DNA of 64,000 bases. Source: Camelus ferus. Lineage: Eukaryota. Location of the stretch: contig NC_045696.1 in assembly GCF_009834535.1 (NCBI RefSeq), forward strand, positions 7,194,001-7,258,000, in the 5' to 3' direction. How positions within the stretch are numbered: the first letter of the stretch is position 1; each line of letters begins with the position of its first letter. Positions 13,492-27,260 of the stretch are shown here, piece after piece. The notes beneath the pieces are model-generated. The model made no database searches, had not been told where the DNA came from, and saw only the letters and a list, made by a program, of their open reading frames with translations. The position numbers and the translations under genes are program-made.

Positions 13492-13949
13492 GTGCTAGAA
13501 AAAGTTCTTAGCGTTAAAGACACAAGAGAAGATGAAGGGCAAAGACTCTGGCCTCCTGGAGTTTGTATTTTATTGCTGGTTGGGAGAGGACACGATCCCT
13601 CACAAAATAAGTAAGTGAATTCAGTAATGTCAGAAAATGATCAGTGTTCTGAAGAAAATAAAACAAGGAAAAGAGAAATTGGGAGTGGAGGGGAGCTGTG
13701 TCTTCCACTTCACCTCCCGTCCCTCACAACAGAGAGTACAGCCAGGTCTCCTGTCAAGCACGAGCTCAGACAGACTGGCAGTGGCCGTCCGGAGCACGTG
13801 CTGTTGTTACACTCACACACCCCCAGGCTAACCTGAGCGGGTCAGAAAGCCCGGCGCTCTGCCTGCCTGGGCGGGAGCACAGAGAGGAACACCGTGTGCG
13901 CCCGGTTCTATGAACTGCATCCCCTATCCATCCACTCGAGCCAGAAACT

Positions 13950-14610
13950 CTCTCTCACCCCCACCTCCCTCTACACACAAACTACATTCTGAGACTCTGG
14001 CCTCAGGAATGTCTCACAAATCCAACTGTTAATTTCTTTACTCTGTCAGGCTCTAATTCAGAAGAAAGTGAAAGTGACGAAGGGGTGATTCTATAGCACC
14101 CGAGCCTTACCCAGTCTCTGTGCCCTCTCCCCACTGCTGCCAGTCTGCTTCCTTAATCACAGGTTCAAGATCAGCATCACTTTAAGAGATCCAGAGCTTC
14201 CAGGTTTACATGTCACCTCGTCTCATTGCCCGCCAGGTCTCTCCGTCCCGTGCCCCCATACATGGCCTCCCTCTGAGCTGCACTGACAGTGCCCAGGCAG
14301 AAGTGTTCCCCATCTAGAATGTGGTCCCTTTTCTCCTCTTTTCTGCTCCTAGAAATCTTGGATTCAAACTTTAAAACCCAGATCTAATGTCATCTTCTCT
14401 AAGAAACCTTCCCAGAATCTTGCAGTGAGCTGCTCCCTGCTCCATTTCTTTCCTACTATTCTGCTGTTAACACAGCAAACATGTTCTATGCTAAAGTAAT
14501 CAGCACATCCTCACAATTAGAACACTTGAGGGAAGGACTGGTCGTATTTGTTTATATATTCTCATGAATACAACAATGCAAAGGTTTAAAATAGACAATA
14601 AATAAGTGGG
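13950..14610 (+). mobile_element. L2 fragment(s)
   Basis: 'ccagatctaatgtcatcttctctaagaaaccttcccag', 'cttgagggaaggactgg' resemble L2 3' motifs; very diverged. Confidence 0.45.
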
Positions 14611-15229
14611 TGAGCGAAGCAGAGACCCCTGCCCACAACCCTCTCATCCAGATGAGGGGCTCCTCAGGAGCTGCTGGGCCCCCCACAACTGTTCGAGAAG
14701 GAATTCTCTGCTCTGAAGGGCGAGACAGCCAGCATGCCTCTCTCACTCTTCTCTTTCATGACAGCACATAAAGGCATTCAATAAATATTTTATTCAATGA
14801 GTTGCAGATTAACAAGTATTATCAGACATCAAGTTCCCCATCTCAGTTTATAGAGGGGACACCTGCGACCTAGAGAAGTTTAATGTTTTGTCCCAAAAGG
14901 TCAGTGGCAAAATCAAGACTGGGACAGTCTCCTATCTTACACCCAACATGGCACATTTTCTTCTGATGAAAAGGTCCTGAGTAGGCGTTTGTCACTTTTT
15001 GGTCACTCAGTATCTGGACACCCATCACGGTTTGTGGCAATCACAGATGACAGAAAAAGCCATGTCTCCTACTATAAAAGCCAAACAGTAACAAAACTTC
15101 TCTCATCCTCACTCCCTTCTAGCAACCCAAGTTTGAACGGTCAAACGTTCCTGCGCAGCCTGAGAACTGGAGGCGCAGCTCCTGCAAGGTGCACGGGCAG
15201 TGTGAGCGTGCTCCCCGCAGGGAAGGGAA

Positions 15230-15456
15230 GGCGAAGCTCACACAGCAGCTGACTGCAAAGAGCCAGGAGCGGCGAGACCGGGCCTGTGGCCTGACCTGGC
15301 TGTGTCCTCTGCTGCTGCCTGCCACGTTGCCTCCTACTTAGTTCTCTAGCACAGTCTCCAGCTTTCCAATCAATTCTGCAGGCTAACTGATTCATTTTCT
15401 GCCTAAATTAGCCAAGGATGAGTTTGTTGTCTGCATCCAAGAACCCTGACTGTCGC
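15230..15456 (+). mobile_element. ERVL LTR33-like 3' part
   Basis: Ends 'caattctgcaggcta...ttttctgcctaaattagccaagg...ctgcatccaagaaccctgactg', typical of LTR33-family termini. Confidence 0.5.
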
Positions 15457-17235
15457 ACATAAATGAACAACAAGGGACAATCACTCAAAAAAGGGGGACG
15501 AGAAAAGGAACAACGAAAGAAAATGTTACACAGAATAAACCAAGGCCCTGCTGGTGTTTACGGTGGCCGTACATGCCACATGGACAAGACTGCTAACCGA
15601 CAACCAAAGGCATTTTTTCCCCCTGACTGAGGCAACTAGTCATTTCCCAGCTTCCCCTGCAGCTAGCATGTCCCTGTGACTCAGCTCTGGCCTGTGGAAC
15701 GTCAACAGAAGTGACGTATATACTACCAGGCCTGACCCACAAACCTCCACGCTCTTCCCCAATCCAATGACTGAATGCCAAAACCCAGGGCCACCTTTGG
15801 ACATCATATGTGAGATAGGAAAAATATCCAGTTTGGTCCCTGAGTGACTGTATGGAGCAAAACAGTTATTGTCAGTCACTGGGCTATTACATACACAAGA
15901 AATAAATTTCTAATTTAAATCAATGAAATGTTGCATGCCTGTTATATCAGTTAGCCTAGCACAATGAAAACAGGGAGTAATATCTGCCTAGGGAAGTTAG
16001 CAAATACTTCACTGAAAACAGTGATCAGATGTATGTTACTTGCCATTAGTAAAGATCTGGACTAATACAAAGCTACCATCCAAAAGTTAAGAAATGTGTT
16101 TTTGATTTTGAAAGGACTTTTTCTTGGTGATTAGGTACAAAAGTAGAGGGTGGGAGGGAGTAAATTAACGTGACTCTTTAAATCAGATGACATAATCCCT
16201 GTTTTATATGCATTTCCTTCCTTTGTTCAACATTTGGATTCAAAGGAACTCAGTATATAAATTTTTTTCCAGGGTAAATCATGAATTATATACTACAAGC
16301 ATGTTAAACCTTCCTATCTTCCTATAAATTTTCATTATGAAAACAAGTTGTATCATACAAGGTGCTACCTACTCAATAGCTCACTTGGAGGGCTCTTTTT
16401 TACAGATGACATCCCATCCTCTAAAGATCTGGATTCATTTAGGCCTGAAATGGGGACCAGACATCAATATTTTTCAAAGATTTACCAGGTGATCAGATTA
16501 CGGGGTGCCTCCACTAGAAGAATTCTGATGAAAATTTGTAAGATTTTAAATAATGATGATATAGTACAAAAGTGCTTTAATATTTGCCATGAAAGCCTAA
16601 TTTTAAAAATCTACAATGGCAACTCATAACTGATGGGAAAACTTACACTTAAAATTCTTTCCAAAATATTTTATGTTAGTATTATATGTAATGAACACTC
16701 AACTGTACAACCCCTAATTCTCTGCATTTTGAGGAACCAAGTCAACTAACAGGTCACAACGTGAAAGAAAATAATCAGAAAACATTTTTTTAAAACTCTT
16801 GGATAGAAGGAAATATTTAGACAGAGGGAAAACTCCATGTCTTAACAGCTCTTAATGAATATTTCTGAAGAGTGGGACTCTAAGGAAACAGGAGCAACTC
16901 TCATTATCTAATCTGTATACACTTTTATAAGATCATCACTTTTATTAGATCACATTTTAAAAATCACCATGAACAATTCACACTACTATAAAATACTAAC
17001 AACAAACGCTCTTCTGAAAGCAGAACAGGCTCCCCATCTCGAAGCAAAACTTCCTTAGTCACCTCCACCTGAGTTACCATGGTGACCCACACCTAGTGGG
17101 TGGAAACTATCCTCTTTGCACCAAAGTTCCAGCTGTCTGTCATCTCTGGTGGTTTCTGAAATCAAGCTTTATTTTCTAGCTCTGAGGCTGAACCGCTATC
17201 TTCGAGTACAATGGCTGGCAAAATCTTGAGCAAGA

Positions 17236-17410
17236 GGTCAGCCAATTTTTTCTTAAAGCCAGAGTGTGAATATTTTAGGCTTTATTGAGGATACACTGTT
17301 GTAATTAATCAACTCTGTCCTTACAGCATAAAAGCTGCCACAGACAATACATAAGCCAATGAGTGTGACTGTGTATTTATTAAAAAGAAGCAACAGGCTG
17401 GATTTGGGTC
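17236..17410 (+). mobile_element. MER58A hAT-Charlie element
   Basis: 'ggtcagccaattttttcttaaagccagagtgtgaatattttaggcttt...aaagctgccacagacaatac...aatgagtgtgactgtgt...caggctggatttgg'. Confidence 0.75.
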
Positions 17411-19544
17411 TTGAGGCTTCAGAGGCAGCAAAGTTATTGTGAGGCACTGAAATTATATATATACACACACATGCTTATATACCTATATATTACCTATCTA
17501 CATCATATAAAATATTGTATGTTTATGTTTATTTATACAGTACCTGTGTTTGTGTTATTATCTCTTTACCCCAACTATAATACAAAGCCCTTAAGGATGC
17601 TGCTTCATTCACTGACAAATCTTCAGTGAGTGGGCACACAATGGCACTCAAAAACCATAACTGCCTGGCTCAACTAACTCACCTCCTGAGACCCAAACAC
17701 AGATTAATAGGAAGGAGGGGGATACAAAAGAACCAATTTTCTCCTACCAGGAGTAGAGAGATTATTAAACATAAACCTAGGTTTCTATAGTCAAATGGCA
17801 AGCGCCCTCTCCTCCCTTGCCAAGACATCACTGTGACTGACGAGGACGACGAGCGCTAACAACGAGGGACAGTCACAGGACTAATAGCAACCAGAGGAGC
17901 AGTGACTTTTATCAAGAACTGCAGGCAGCAGAGTTGCCAAGGAGGGCACCACAGGAGAGCTCCTTCCGCCAGTCCTGGACGTGGTGCTCCATCAGCAAGA
18001 AGGGAGAGCACCAGCCAGGGCTTCCTGGGGGTGGCATCCCCAAGCCTGGGACTCATGGCAGGCGACGGGTACACTGTCAAGTCTAGCTTCAGCTCAACTA
18101 ACTCACAGTGTGACGACCCTGGCCTTTCTCAAGGCTAAGATGCCTTTCCAGTAAAGTAGGGACGATAAATCATTCCAACACCTACGAGAGGTTCATGCGA
18201 GCAAACACACGTGAGCACATTTCATAAACTCTAAAACACCACACATATTCAAAGATAAAAGATGTGAAAGTTGCCTTCACGCTATGAATTCTCAAACGTC
18301 AGGATACTAATACTTTAATAGCTGGAAAACAGTACCAACTTTCCTATTAACTACTTTATTGAATAGGAAAATAATGCCAATTAATATGTTTTTTTAAAGC
18401 CCCCCATGGACCTGAAGGCTATTTTCATTTCGAATTTTTGAAAAATGCAACTTGCCAGGTTTGTTTCCTGAGTTGTACTTGCTGCAGTGAGTACTTAATA
18501 GTAATGCATTTAGTTGAACGTGTCTTACAAAAACAGTTAATATGCCCAAGTTTTCAGATACATATAATACTCAGGAGGTAGTTAAAGTAAGTGCAGTAAA
18601 ATCAATTTTATGCAAAATGAGTGAACTGAGAAGCCTGGTGTTCAGGAAAACTTTCTCAAACTTTCAGTTATAAAACGTTCATCCACATTAACTATCAAGA
18701 AACATGGACGATACGTATCGACACTAGCAACAGCTGTCCTGCATGGCACTACGTGCTTTTCTTAATGCTGAAGACATTTCTGGTAGTAAAACCTACTCGC
18801 TGTTTTAAAAGCAAGAAAGCCCTTCCCCTAAACAATCGACAAGAGCAGAGTGCTAAGCTCCCCCCGTCCCCGGTCCCCCGACCAGCCTTCTGCACAGAGC
18901 TTCCTGGGCTTTCACATGGACACCCGTCACTTCTCTCCTCCAACTGGGGAGAAATGGTAAGTTGTTTTGGATATAAGAATAGGTTTGCAAGATCTTATGC
19001 ACGACTGTGGTTGGCACTATCAACTGGACGATTCCACAGACACACGTGTTCATTTGAAACAAGTCAAATGAAACTGAAGTAAAGCACTCCCTTGGAGAGA
19101 CCATCCTTGGCCTTTCTGGAGAAGACTGCACCCGCCTCCCACATCATCTGTTTGTTTAGATGTTTACTGTATATCTCCGGCCATTAGAATCCAAGCTCCA
19201 TGAAACCAAGGGCTTTGTCCACTAGTATACACCTAACACCGAGAGGAAATGTTCAGCACGACAAATGCTTAATAAATGCGTGTTGCTTTTCTCACCATTT
19301 TCTTAAACTACCTGACATCCAGCAGAATATCCCCTAGTTACTAAATGATCATAAAAAGTTCCATTATTCTCGGGTAGGCATTCTGCAAGTTGTAATAATT
19401 TAACAGAATTGCTTTGGTTCCACTGTATTTATTTTTACTCCTACCTTCAAGACAAGTGAGGCTGATGTTCTTATAACTGTATAATATTATTACAGTTTCC
19501 TTAGGAGTGTTAAATAATTGAGTGCATTTAGGGAAAAATCATTA

Positions 19545-19700
19545 GAGACAGCATAGAGTAGTGCTAAAAGCACAGACCCTTGAACCACAATGTCCAGGTT
19601 TGAATTCCAGCTCCACCACTTACCAGCTGCATCCCTGGGCACCTTTCTTAACTTTCTGTGCCCTAGCTTCCTCACTAGTAAGAGAGAAATGAGCGTCATA
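19545..19700 (+). mobile_element. MIR SINE
   Basis: 'ggtttgaattccagctccaccacttaccagctg...ctgggcacctttcttaactttctgtgccctagcttcctca'. Confidence 0.8.
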
Positions 19701-19709
19701 TTATCACCT

Positions 19710-20240
19710 CCCAGTTCTCTAGCCCTTTCACTCTTCCTTCAAACATTTTCAGAACAGCACCGGCCCAGAAAAGCTCTGCTGTCGACCACTGTCAGCCCCC
19801 CTCGAGGGGGCTGCTCAAGCTCTCTCTCCTTTCGTGGTAGAGCAAGACCAACATCTATCAATTCACTATTCATTCTGGCATTTTCTACTTCGAGGTTCTA
19901 CTTCTTTATCCAAAAGCAAACTAACTTGCCCGCCCCCCACCTCAAAGGATGCCTTTCCTGACCTGCCATCTCCACCAGCAACACTCTCCCACTCGTCCAG
20001 GCTTAACACCACGCTTCTCTAATGCTCCTTCACCCTCCACCTTGCATGACTCATTCTCTAAGTTCTGCCTAGGGTTCCTTAAAAAATTCCTTCATGCCCA
20101 TCTTCTCTGTTCTTTTACCTCTTAACTGTTCATAGACAGTAAGTTCCATGAGAACAGAGGCAGATTCTGTAATTTTCACAGGTTTATCTATTCCTAGTAC
20201 ATAGTAAAGGGTTCTGTATCTAGTAGGCTCAGTATTGGTT
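19710..20240 (+). mobile_element. L2 fragment
   Basis: 'agccctttcactcttccttcaaaca', 'gcctttcctgacc', 'tagacagtaagttccatgagaacagagg...cctagtacatagta'. Confidence 0.55.
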
Positions 20241-20684
20241 TAATATAAACTAATGCACACCAGGCTCACTACAATCACTTCCATGACTCCAGACTCCAAT
20301 CCTTCCTTAAGTTATAAATCATTTGTAAAATGTCTCATACCTACAACTTGTTTGCTCTGACACACTCGTTAATATATTCAATTCAAGTAACCACTAGTTA
20401 TAAAGCATTACAGGTGGTTTTGGGGAGGGAAGAAAGAACTGGGGCATGATTCCAAAAATGAGTCCTCTCCATGTCTTCAAAAATGTTGCAAGAATGTTTA
20501 AGAAACAGCCACATAAATATTTACATTAAAAGGTAAATAGACATTAATTCTGATTAGTAGGTGGTTTTTAATTAAGACAATACAAGCAAAGGAAAGGAAA
20601 AGGGGGCATTCCAAGATATAGGAAGAACATGAGTAAGAAGCATCAAAGTGGTATGTTCAGGAAACACCACTGGAGGAGGGGACA

Positions 20685-20990
20685 GGTAAAGGGTTAACTG
20701 AGTCCACAAAAAATTCATGTTAAAGTCTAACCTCAAGCACCACAGAATATGACTTTATTTGGAACTGCCCTTATTTGAAAATAGGGTCATTGTGATGTAA
20801 TGAGTTAAGATAAGGTCATTAGGGTGGGCCCTAATCCAGTATGGCTGATGTCCTTGTAAAAAGAGGAAATCTGGACAGAGACACGCACACAGGGAGAACA
20901 CCATGGAAGATGAAGACAGAGATCAGGGCGATTGCAGCAGAGGTCAAGGCAGGCCAAAGATTACCAGCAAACTACCAGAAGCTAGGCAAC
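20685..20990 (+). mobile_element. MLT1B/C-type MaLR LTR, 3' truncated
   Basis: 'cagaatatgactttatttggaa', 'gttaagataaggtcattagggtgggccctaatcc', 'gtccttgtaaaaagaggaaat', 'ccagcaaactaccagaagctagg'. Confidence 0.8.
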
Positions 20991-20999
20991 ATACACACC

Positions 21000-23900
21000 A
21001 ATCAGCCTGGGGAGCAGTAAGATTTAGAGAGCATTAAACAAACTACATTGGGTAGTATCTTCTCAGTAGTGAGGAACAGTAAGAGCCAACACAGAAACAG
21101 ACTCATAGACATAGAATACAAACTTGTGGTTGCCAAGGGGGCGGCGGGTGGGAAGGGACAGACGGGATTTCAAAATTGTAGAGTAGATAAACAAGATTAT
21201 ACTGTATAGCACAGGGAAATATACACAAAATCTCATGGTAGCTCACAGAGAAAGGAACATGACAATGAATATATATATGTTCATGTATAACTGAAAAATT
21301 GTGCTGAACACTGGAATTTGACACATTGTAAAATGATTATAAATCAATAAAAAATGTTTAAGAAAAAATTAACAAGAGTCAACACTGTGCTGATCTCACA
21401 TAAAAAATCTTAAGTATAACTCCAAAGATCAAATTATTTCCAAGTAACCTAAAGGTCCCAGAAAAGGGTCTAGAAAATGTATAGAAATGTAAAACTACAC
21501 AGCATTCAACAAGGTAAAAATTCACTAATGTCTGGCACACAATCAAAATTACTACACATGCAGAAACTGGAAAACACAACCTATAATGAGAAAAAAATCA
21601 ATCAATGGAAATTGATCCAGTCTTGACAAAGCTGTTACAGTTAGCAGGCAAGGACATTAAAAGAGTTATTATTATAACTATATTCCATACATCCAAATAG
21701 GTAAGGAGGGTTGTGCAAAATTTTTTAAGAGACACAAAAATTGAACTTGTACAAATGGAAACTACAAAGTATAAGATTAAAAATACATTAGATAGTGCAG
21801 AAAAACAGATGAGTGTACTTGAAGACAGCAATAAATTCCAACTGACTATTCAACACTTGAAACTGGCTGTCAAAACAGAAAAAATAAAAACATAAGAAGA
21901 GAGAGAGGTTAAATATAAAATTAATAGACATTCACTGAGTTCTGGGACAATCTTAAATAATGTAATACACACGTAACTAAAGTTCCTAATAGACAGGAGA
22001 GGGTGAACAGAAACAATTTTGAAAAAAGTCAGAAATTTTCCAAATTTGATAAAAACTATAAACCTACAGATACAAAAGTTCAACATGCTTTTAATGATAA
22101 AAAAAAAAATCTTAAAAAACAGTCAGAACAAAAAAGGACATTATATATTAAAGGAACAAAGATAAGGATTAAGTAAGATTTCTTGAAAGAAAAATGCAAA
22201 TCAGTAGACAATGGAGCAACATCTTAAATTGTTGAAAGAAAAAAGTGTCACTAGAATTTCTTGCCCAATGAAAATATGTCAGAAATGAAATAAAATACAA
22301 ACATTTTCAGGTATACGAAAGGTGAGAAAATGTGTCACTAGCAAACCTACACTATTAAAAAATGTAAAAGGAAGTACTGGGGATGAAGGAAAATGAGACC
22401 AGATGGAAATAAGACCTATACAAGCAAATAAAGAACAGCAGAAAAGGTAAATGCACACGGGTGAACGTGCCATAGTGTTTCTAATTAGTTAAGTTTCATT
22501 AAAAGATTATTAACTGCTTAAACAAAAATAAGGTAGTGTGGGGTTTCTAACATACATAAAAGTAAACCTTTGAAAAAGCAGTAAAAAGACCAGTAAAAGA
22601 TAAATGAAAGTGTATTACAGTGAGGTCAATATGCTGAATGTGAGGTAATTTAGTAGTAGTATTTGAAAGTAGACTGTTACCAGATAAAAAGTAACCACTA
22701 AATTAACAGAGTTAAAATGAGTAAGTCAACAAGGAAGAAAAATTAAATCATAAAAAATATTCATTTAATCCAAAAAGACAGAAAAAAAGAGGAAAGGGGG
22801 AATAAAGAACAGAGAGGACAAAGAGAAAATAAATAGGAGTTTGATTGAAACAAGCTTATCAATAATCACATTAAAAGCAAATACCCCAATTGAGAGGCAG
22901 AGATTTTCAGACTTGGGGGGGTGGGGCAGAGCAAGACTCAACTATATACTGCCTATAAAAGACACATTTCAAATACAGACATTAATACATTAAAAATAAA
23001 AGGTTGAAAAAAGATGTATCATGTTAACACTAATCAAAATTAAATGGAATGGCTATATTAATATGAAACAAAGTATTCTGCAACTCAAGGAATATATGTG
23101 ACTAGGAATGAAGGTCATTTTATAATGATAAGAGCATCAAATCAAGAGGATATATTCATCCTGAATAGGTATGCACCTATTAAAAGAGTTTTAAAATACC
23201 TGGAGCAAAAGAAATTATAAATTGCAAGAATAAACAATTATATTAAGAAATTTCATATCCTTATCTCAATAATTGATAGCACAAGCAGACAGAAAATCAG
23301 TAAGGATATAGGAACAATACTATCCATGAACTTAACTGACATTTAGATGACACTCCACCACAGAAGAGCTGAACAGTCTTTTCTAGCAACACAGCACATT
23401 TACCAAGATAGACCACATTATGGGTCATAAAACCAATCTCAATAAATTAAAGGGAATCAAGTCATACAAAATATGTTCTCTGATGACAATAAAATTAAAC
23501 TCGAAAGCAATATAGATATATGGAAAAAGTCCCCAAATGCTTAGAAACTTAATGACATACTTCTAAATTCCTGTGCCTCAAAGAAGATATCAAAGAACAA
23601 ATTAAAAGTATTCTGAACTGAAAGAAAATGAAATACATTATATTGATATTTGGGAGATACAGTGAAAGCAATACTTAGGTAGAAAATTATAGCACTAAAC
23701 ACCTCTATTAAAAAAGAAAGTTCTGAAATCAGTGACTTCTGTTTTCTACCTTAATAAACTAGGGAAAACAAAAGCAAATGAAATCATAAGTCAACAGAAT
23801 AAAGAAAATAACTAGCATCCAGAGTAGAAATGAACAAAATAGAAAAGAGAAAACTCAATGAAAGAAACCCCAGTATCTTCATAAACATAAGATGCAAAAA

Positions 23901-25510
23901 TTCTAAACAAAACTGTAGTAAACGGAATCTAACAATCTTTTAAAAAAGGGCAGTGTACCCAAATGCAGTATCAGTTTAATATTCAGAAATCAACATTATT
24001 CATCAAATTAACTAAACAAAAACCCAATCATACGATAATCGAAATTTTAAAACTATTCTTGATCAAAAAAGGAAAAGACTTTCAGCAAACTAGAAATAGA
24101 AGTCATTTTCCTCAGTCTGATATAGGACACTGACAGGAACTCCACAGCTAATATCATACTTAGTGGTGATGCAACATTTCCCTCTCTAAAATAAAGGAAA
24201 AGACAAGGATGTTCTTTTCACCACCTCTATTCAACACTGTGTTCTATATGTATTCTACATTCCGTGGAGTAGCCAGTGCAGTAATGCAAGAAAAGATATA
24301 CAAGGTAAGCAAACTGGAAAAGAAGCAAAGCTGTCTCTCATCATAGACAACAGGATCATCCCTGCAGGAAATCTGATGGAATCCACAAAAAGCTATGAGA
24401 CTCACCAAGGGTTTTAAGCAAGGTTGCAGAATACAAGCTCAATACAAGAAAATCAGTTGTAGTTTACATACTAGCAACCACAGTCAGAAACTGAAGCTTA
24501 AAAACCATTTTCAAAGGTTTCAAATGAATGAAATACTTTTATAAATCTGACAAAAGATGTGCAAGACTTATATACTTAAAATTAAAAAGTTAGAAAAATC
24601 AAAAATCTAAATAGAGGGAAAGCTACACAATAAGCATGAGTCTGAAGAATCAATATTGTTAAGATGTCAATTCTTCCTATGAAATTATCTATAAATTCAA
24701 CACGATCCCAATCCACAGCCTAGTAGGTTTCTTTGTAGAAATTGACAAAATGACTTGCCAATTCACATGGAAACACAAAGGACCTGGAAAAGTCTTAACA
24801 ATTTTGAAAAAGAAGAAGATTGTAGGACTAATACTACCACTACCAGATTTCAATACTTATTACAAGGCTGGTTGTAGTAAGAACAATATGGTATTGGCAT
24901 CAAGACAAATAGATTAATGGAACAGAACAGAAAGTCCAGAAACAGACCCACACACATATGGAAGACTGATTTTCAACACAAATTTTAAAAAGTAATTCAG
25001 TGGAGAAAGCATAGTCCTTTCTTCAAATAGCCCACCTGCAACCAAAAAAAAAAAAAATTGATCTTTTAGCTATGCCTTGCAGCACCATTTACAAATATTA
25101 ACTCCAAATGGATCACAGACTTAAATGTAAAACCCAAAACTATAAAATCTGGAGGAGGTGGGGAACACAGGAAACCTTTTAGACCTTGGGGACAATTAGG
25201 CAAACGTTTTTCAAAAGCAGGATCCACAGAGGAACAAATCAATGAATTAGACTTCATAAAAATTAAAAACATCTGTTTTTTAAAGACACTATTAAGAGAA
25301 TGAAAAGAAAAGCCATAGACTACGATAAATCTTTGCAAATCATACATCTGCTAAAGGACTTCTATCCAAGATAGATAAGGAATTCTCAAAACTAAATAAT
25401 AAAGAGAAGAAAAAAAAGTGGACAAAGATTTGAACAAACACTTCACCAAAGATGACACACAGAGGACAAACAAGCATTCCTAAGGCCAAGTGAAATACCA
25501 CTTCCACCAA
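21000..25510 (+). mobile_element. Ancient L1M (5' region, ORF1, ORF2), degraded, interrupted by a younger L1 end
   Basis: Continuous L1-like text, e.g. 'caaggtaaaaattcactaatgtctggc', 'ttaccaagatagaccacatt', 'caatattgttaagatgtcaattct', 'aactccaaatggatcacagacttaaatgtaaaacc', 'ggacaaagatttgaacaaacacttcaccaaaga'. Confidence 0.85.
21093..21373 (+). mobile_element. Young lineage-specific L1 3' UTR, 5'-truncated, with TSD
   Basis: 'agaaacagactcatagacatagaatacaaacttgtggttgccaagggg...aaatcaataaaaaatg'. TSD aagagccaacac (21081-21092) / aagagtcaacac (21374-21385). Highly similar to the copy at 31903. Confidence 0.9.
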
Positions 25511-26731
25511 AAAACTGCAAACTGAAAAAGGATCACTCCCTCTTCTGAATTTCCACCTCTCTTGTAGCATGGACACTCCGTCACTTCACATACTGTGGTG
25601 ATACGGTTATATAAAGACATATCTCATCGAAGTCCATTAAATTATAAATTCCTTGAGTGCAGGAGTCTATGTCCCTTTATTACGTGGATGAATAAAAGCA
25701 TTTCTGTACATGTTTTACTTATTTATTTTTCTCCCAGTTTTACTGAGATGTAATTGGCAGCACTAAAATAAAAGACCTAACAATTAAAGGGGTAAATGTC
25801 TTAGAAAACTTGATATAGACATCTAAAATTCACAAGAATTATTTTTGGTGCCATCCTGAATTTCAATGCTTCAGGGCCAAGAGGGAGGGAAGAAAGTAAG
25901 TTTAAAACTCCTATGCTTTAACCAACAGACACAGAAGGTGAAGAGAACTGGTTGCCACAAAACCAAGTGAAGAAAAGCCAAAGAAAATTTGAGCTAGAAC
26001 AATAGAACAGCAGTTCTTATTTTAAGGGAATGACACCAGCTGGCTAGAAGCTCAATGAAACATCTAACACACTGGAGCCTTAATCACTGCGACCACCTAT
26101 ACTGGATAAGTGAATAATACCATAATGTTACTTTTGTTCAACTGTTATCTTTTCTACACACTAAAATGTTCTTCCTTCCTATTACTCTCCAACTATTCTA
26201 ATTAAGTCATATTTAAAACCTTGACAAAGTTCTATGGGTTTCCTCATTAAGCCTTTCCCAGACTGCCTAACCCATTTCTCATGTACCTATCCTCAAAAAG
26301 CCTTTCTTTTTTCCTGTACTCCTCCAAATAAATCCTCATGGCACTTTCTGCATGGCTGTCTTGTATTTTTATCTAACTTTGCATGGGTTTCTTCACCTTT
26401 TAGGTTCCTTGAACAAAGCACTGAGTTTTGAATTTTCTACAGAATCTCCTCAACAAAGACATAATGTAAACCAAAGATAATATAGAACAGTTAAAACATC
26501 TGACTTAAATTAGAAAGATAATAACAGCAAGAGGTGGTAAATAACAATTTGATCTTCTAACTGAACAGAAGAACATGAACAGGGGAGGGGGTTCAAGTTA
26601 CGCTCCTATCTGCCAGATCCCAGGAGCAGTACAAGATAAATTCTACCCAAAAGCTTGCACTAATTTATTAAAAACAAACATGTACCTTTATAAAAGGTCA
26701 AAATCATAAAAATATCAAATATGCTACTTAC

Positions 26732-26752
26732 TGCAATGGTACTATTTCTGAT
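26732..26752 (-). other. Candidate 21-nt microexon, or 3' end of an alternative first exon
   Basis: Minus strand: TTTTTTTTTCCAG|ATCAGAAATAGTACCATTGCA|GTAAGT. Confidence 0.35.
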
Positions 26753-26979
26753 CTGGAAAAAAAAATGACCAATTTTACTGAAAAGAGTTTTAGAAAACCT
26801 GTGCATAGTGCTGCTCCATGAGTTATATTTTAGAGACAAAGTTAAAACATTTCCCTTTTTGTTATAAGGTACTTAATCAGATAAAGATTTTATACAATTT
26901 AACCTTTATAATTTAATACACATATTTTGGTTACAGGTATTTAACAAAGCAATTAAATCTCTATTTCCACTTCTGTTCT

Positions 26980-27260
26980 AAAATCCGCCTGCCCGCAGTG
27001 AGTGGGAACTGCTGCAGATCATTAAACACTCATTTATCAATGTCTCTCACCAGGCAACACAATGCAGCAGAACAGCACACAGAAACCATCCTGAACCCCA
27101 GCAACAGCAGCTAATTAGCATAGCCTACCACTAAACCGACACCACATGATTGGAACTGTTAGTCGGAAGGCTAGCCAATCAAACTAGGTTATGCAAATAG
27201 CCTATTTTAGTTGCCAGGGCAGAGCTACTTCCAATTGTCCAATAGGAAAACAAGCAATAA
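26980..27260. promoter_or_regulatory. Candidate intronic promoter/enhancer: NF-Y, octamer, X-box-like and homeobox motif cluster
   Basis: GCTAATTAGC 27110-27119; ATTGG 27149-27153; CGGAAG 27164-27169; CCAAT 27175-27179 within AGCCAATCA; ATGCAAAT 27191-27198; GTTGCCAGGGCAGA 27210-27223; CCAAT 27231 and 27239. No recognisable repeat here. Confidence 0.5.

Noticed and set aside
19781..19813. GTCGAC...CCCCCTCGAGGGGG palindrome reminiscent of a cloning polylinker
   Set aside because: The match is short, sits within L2-like genomic sequence, and no other vector sequence is present; likely chance.
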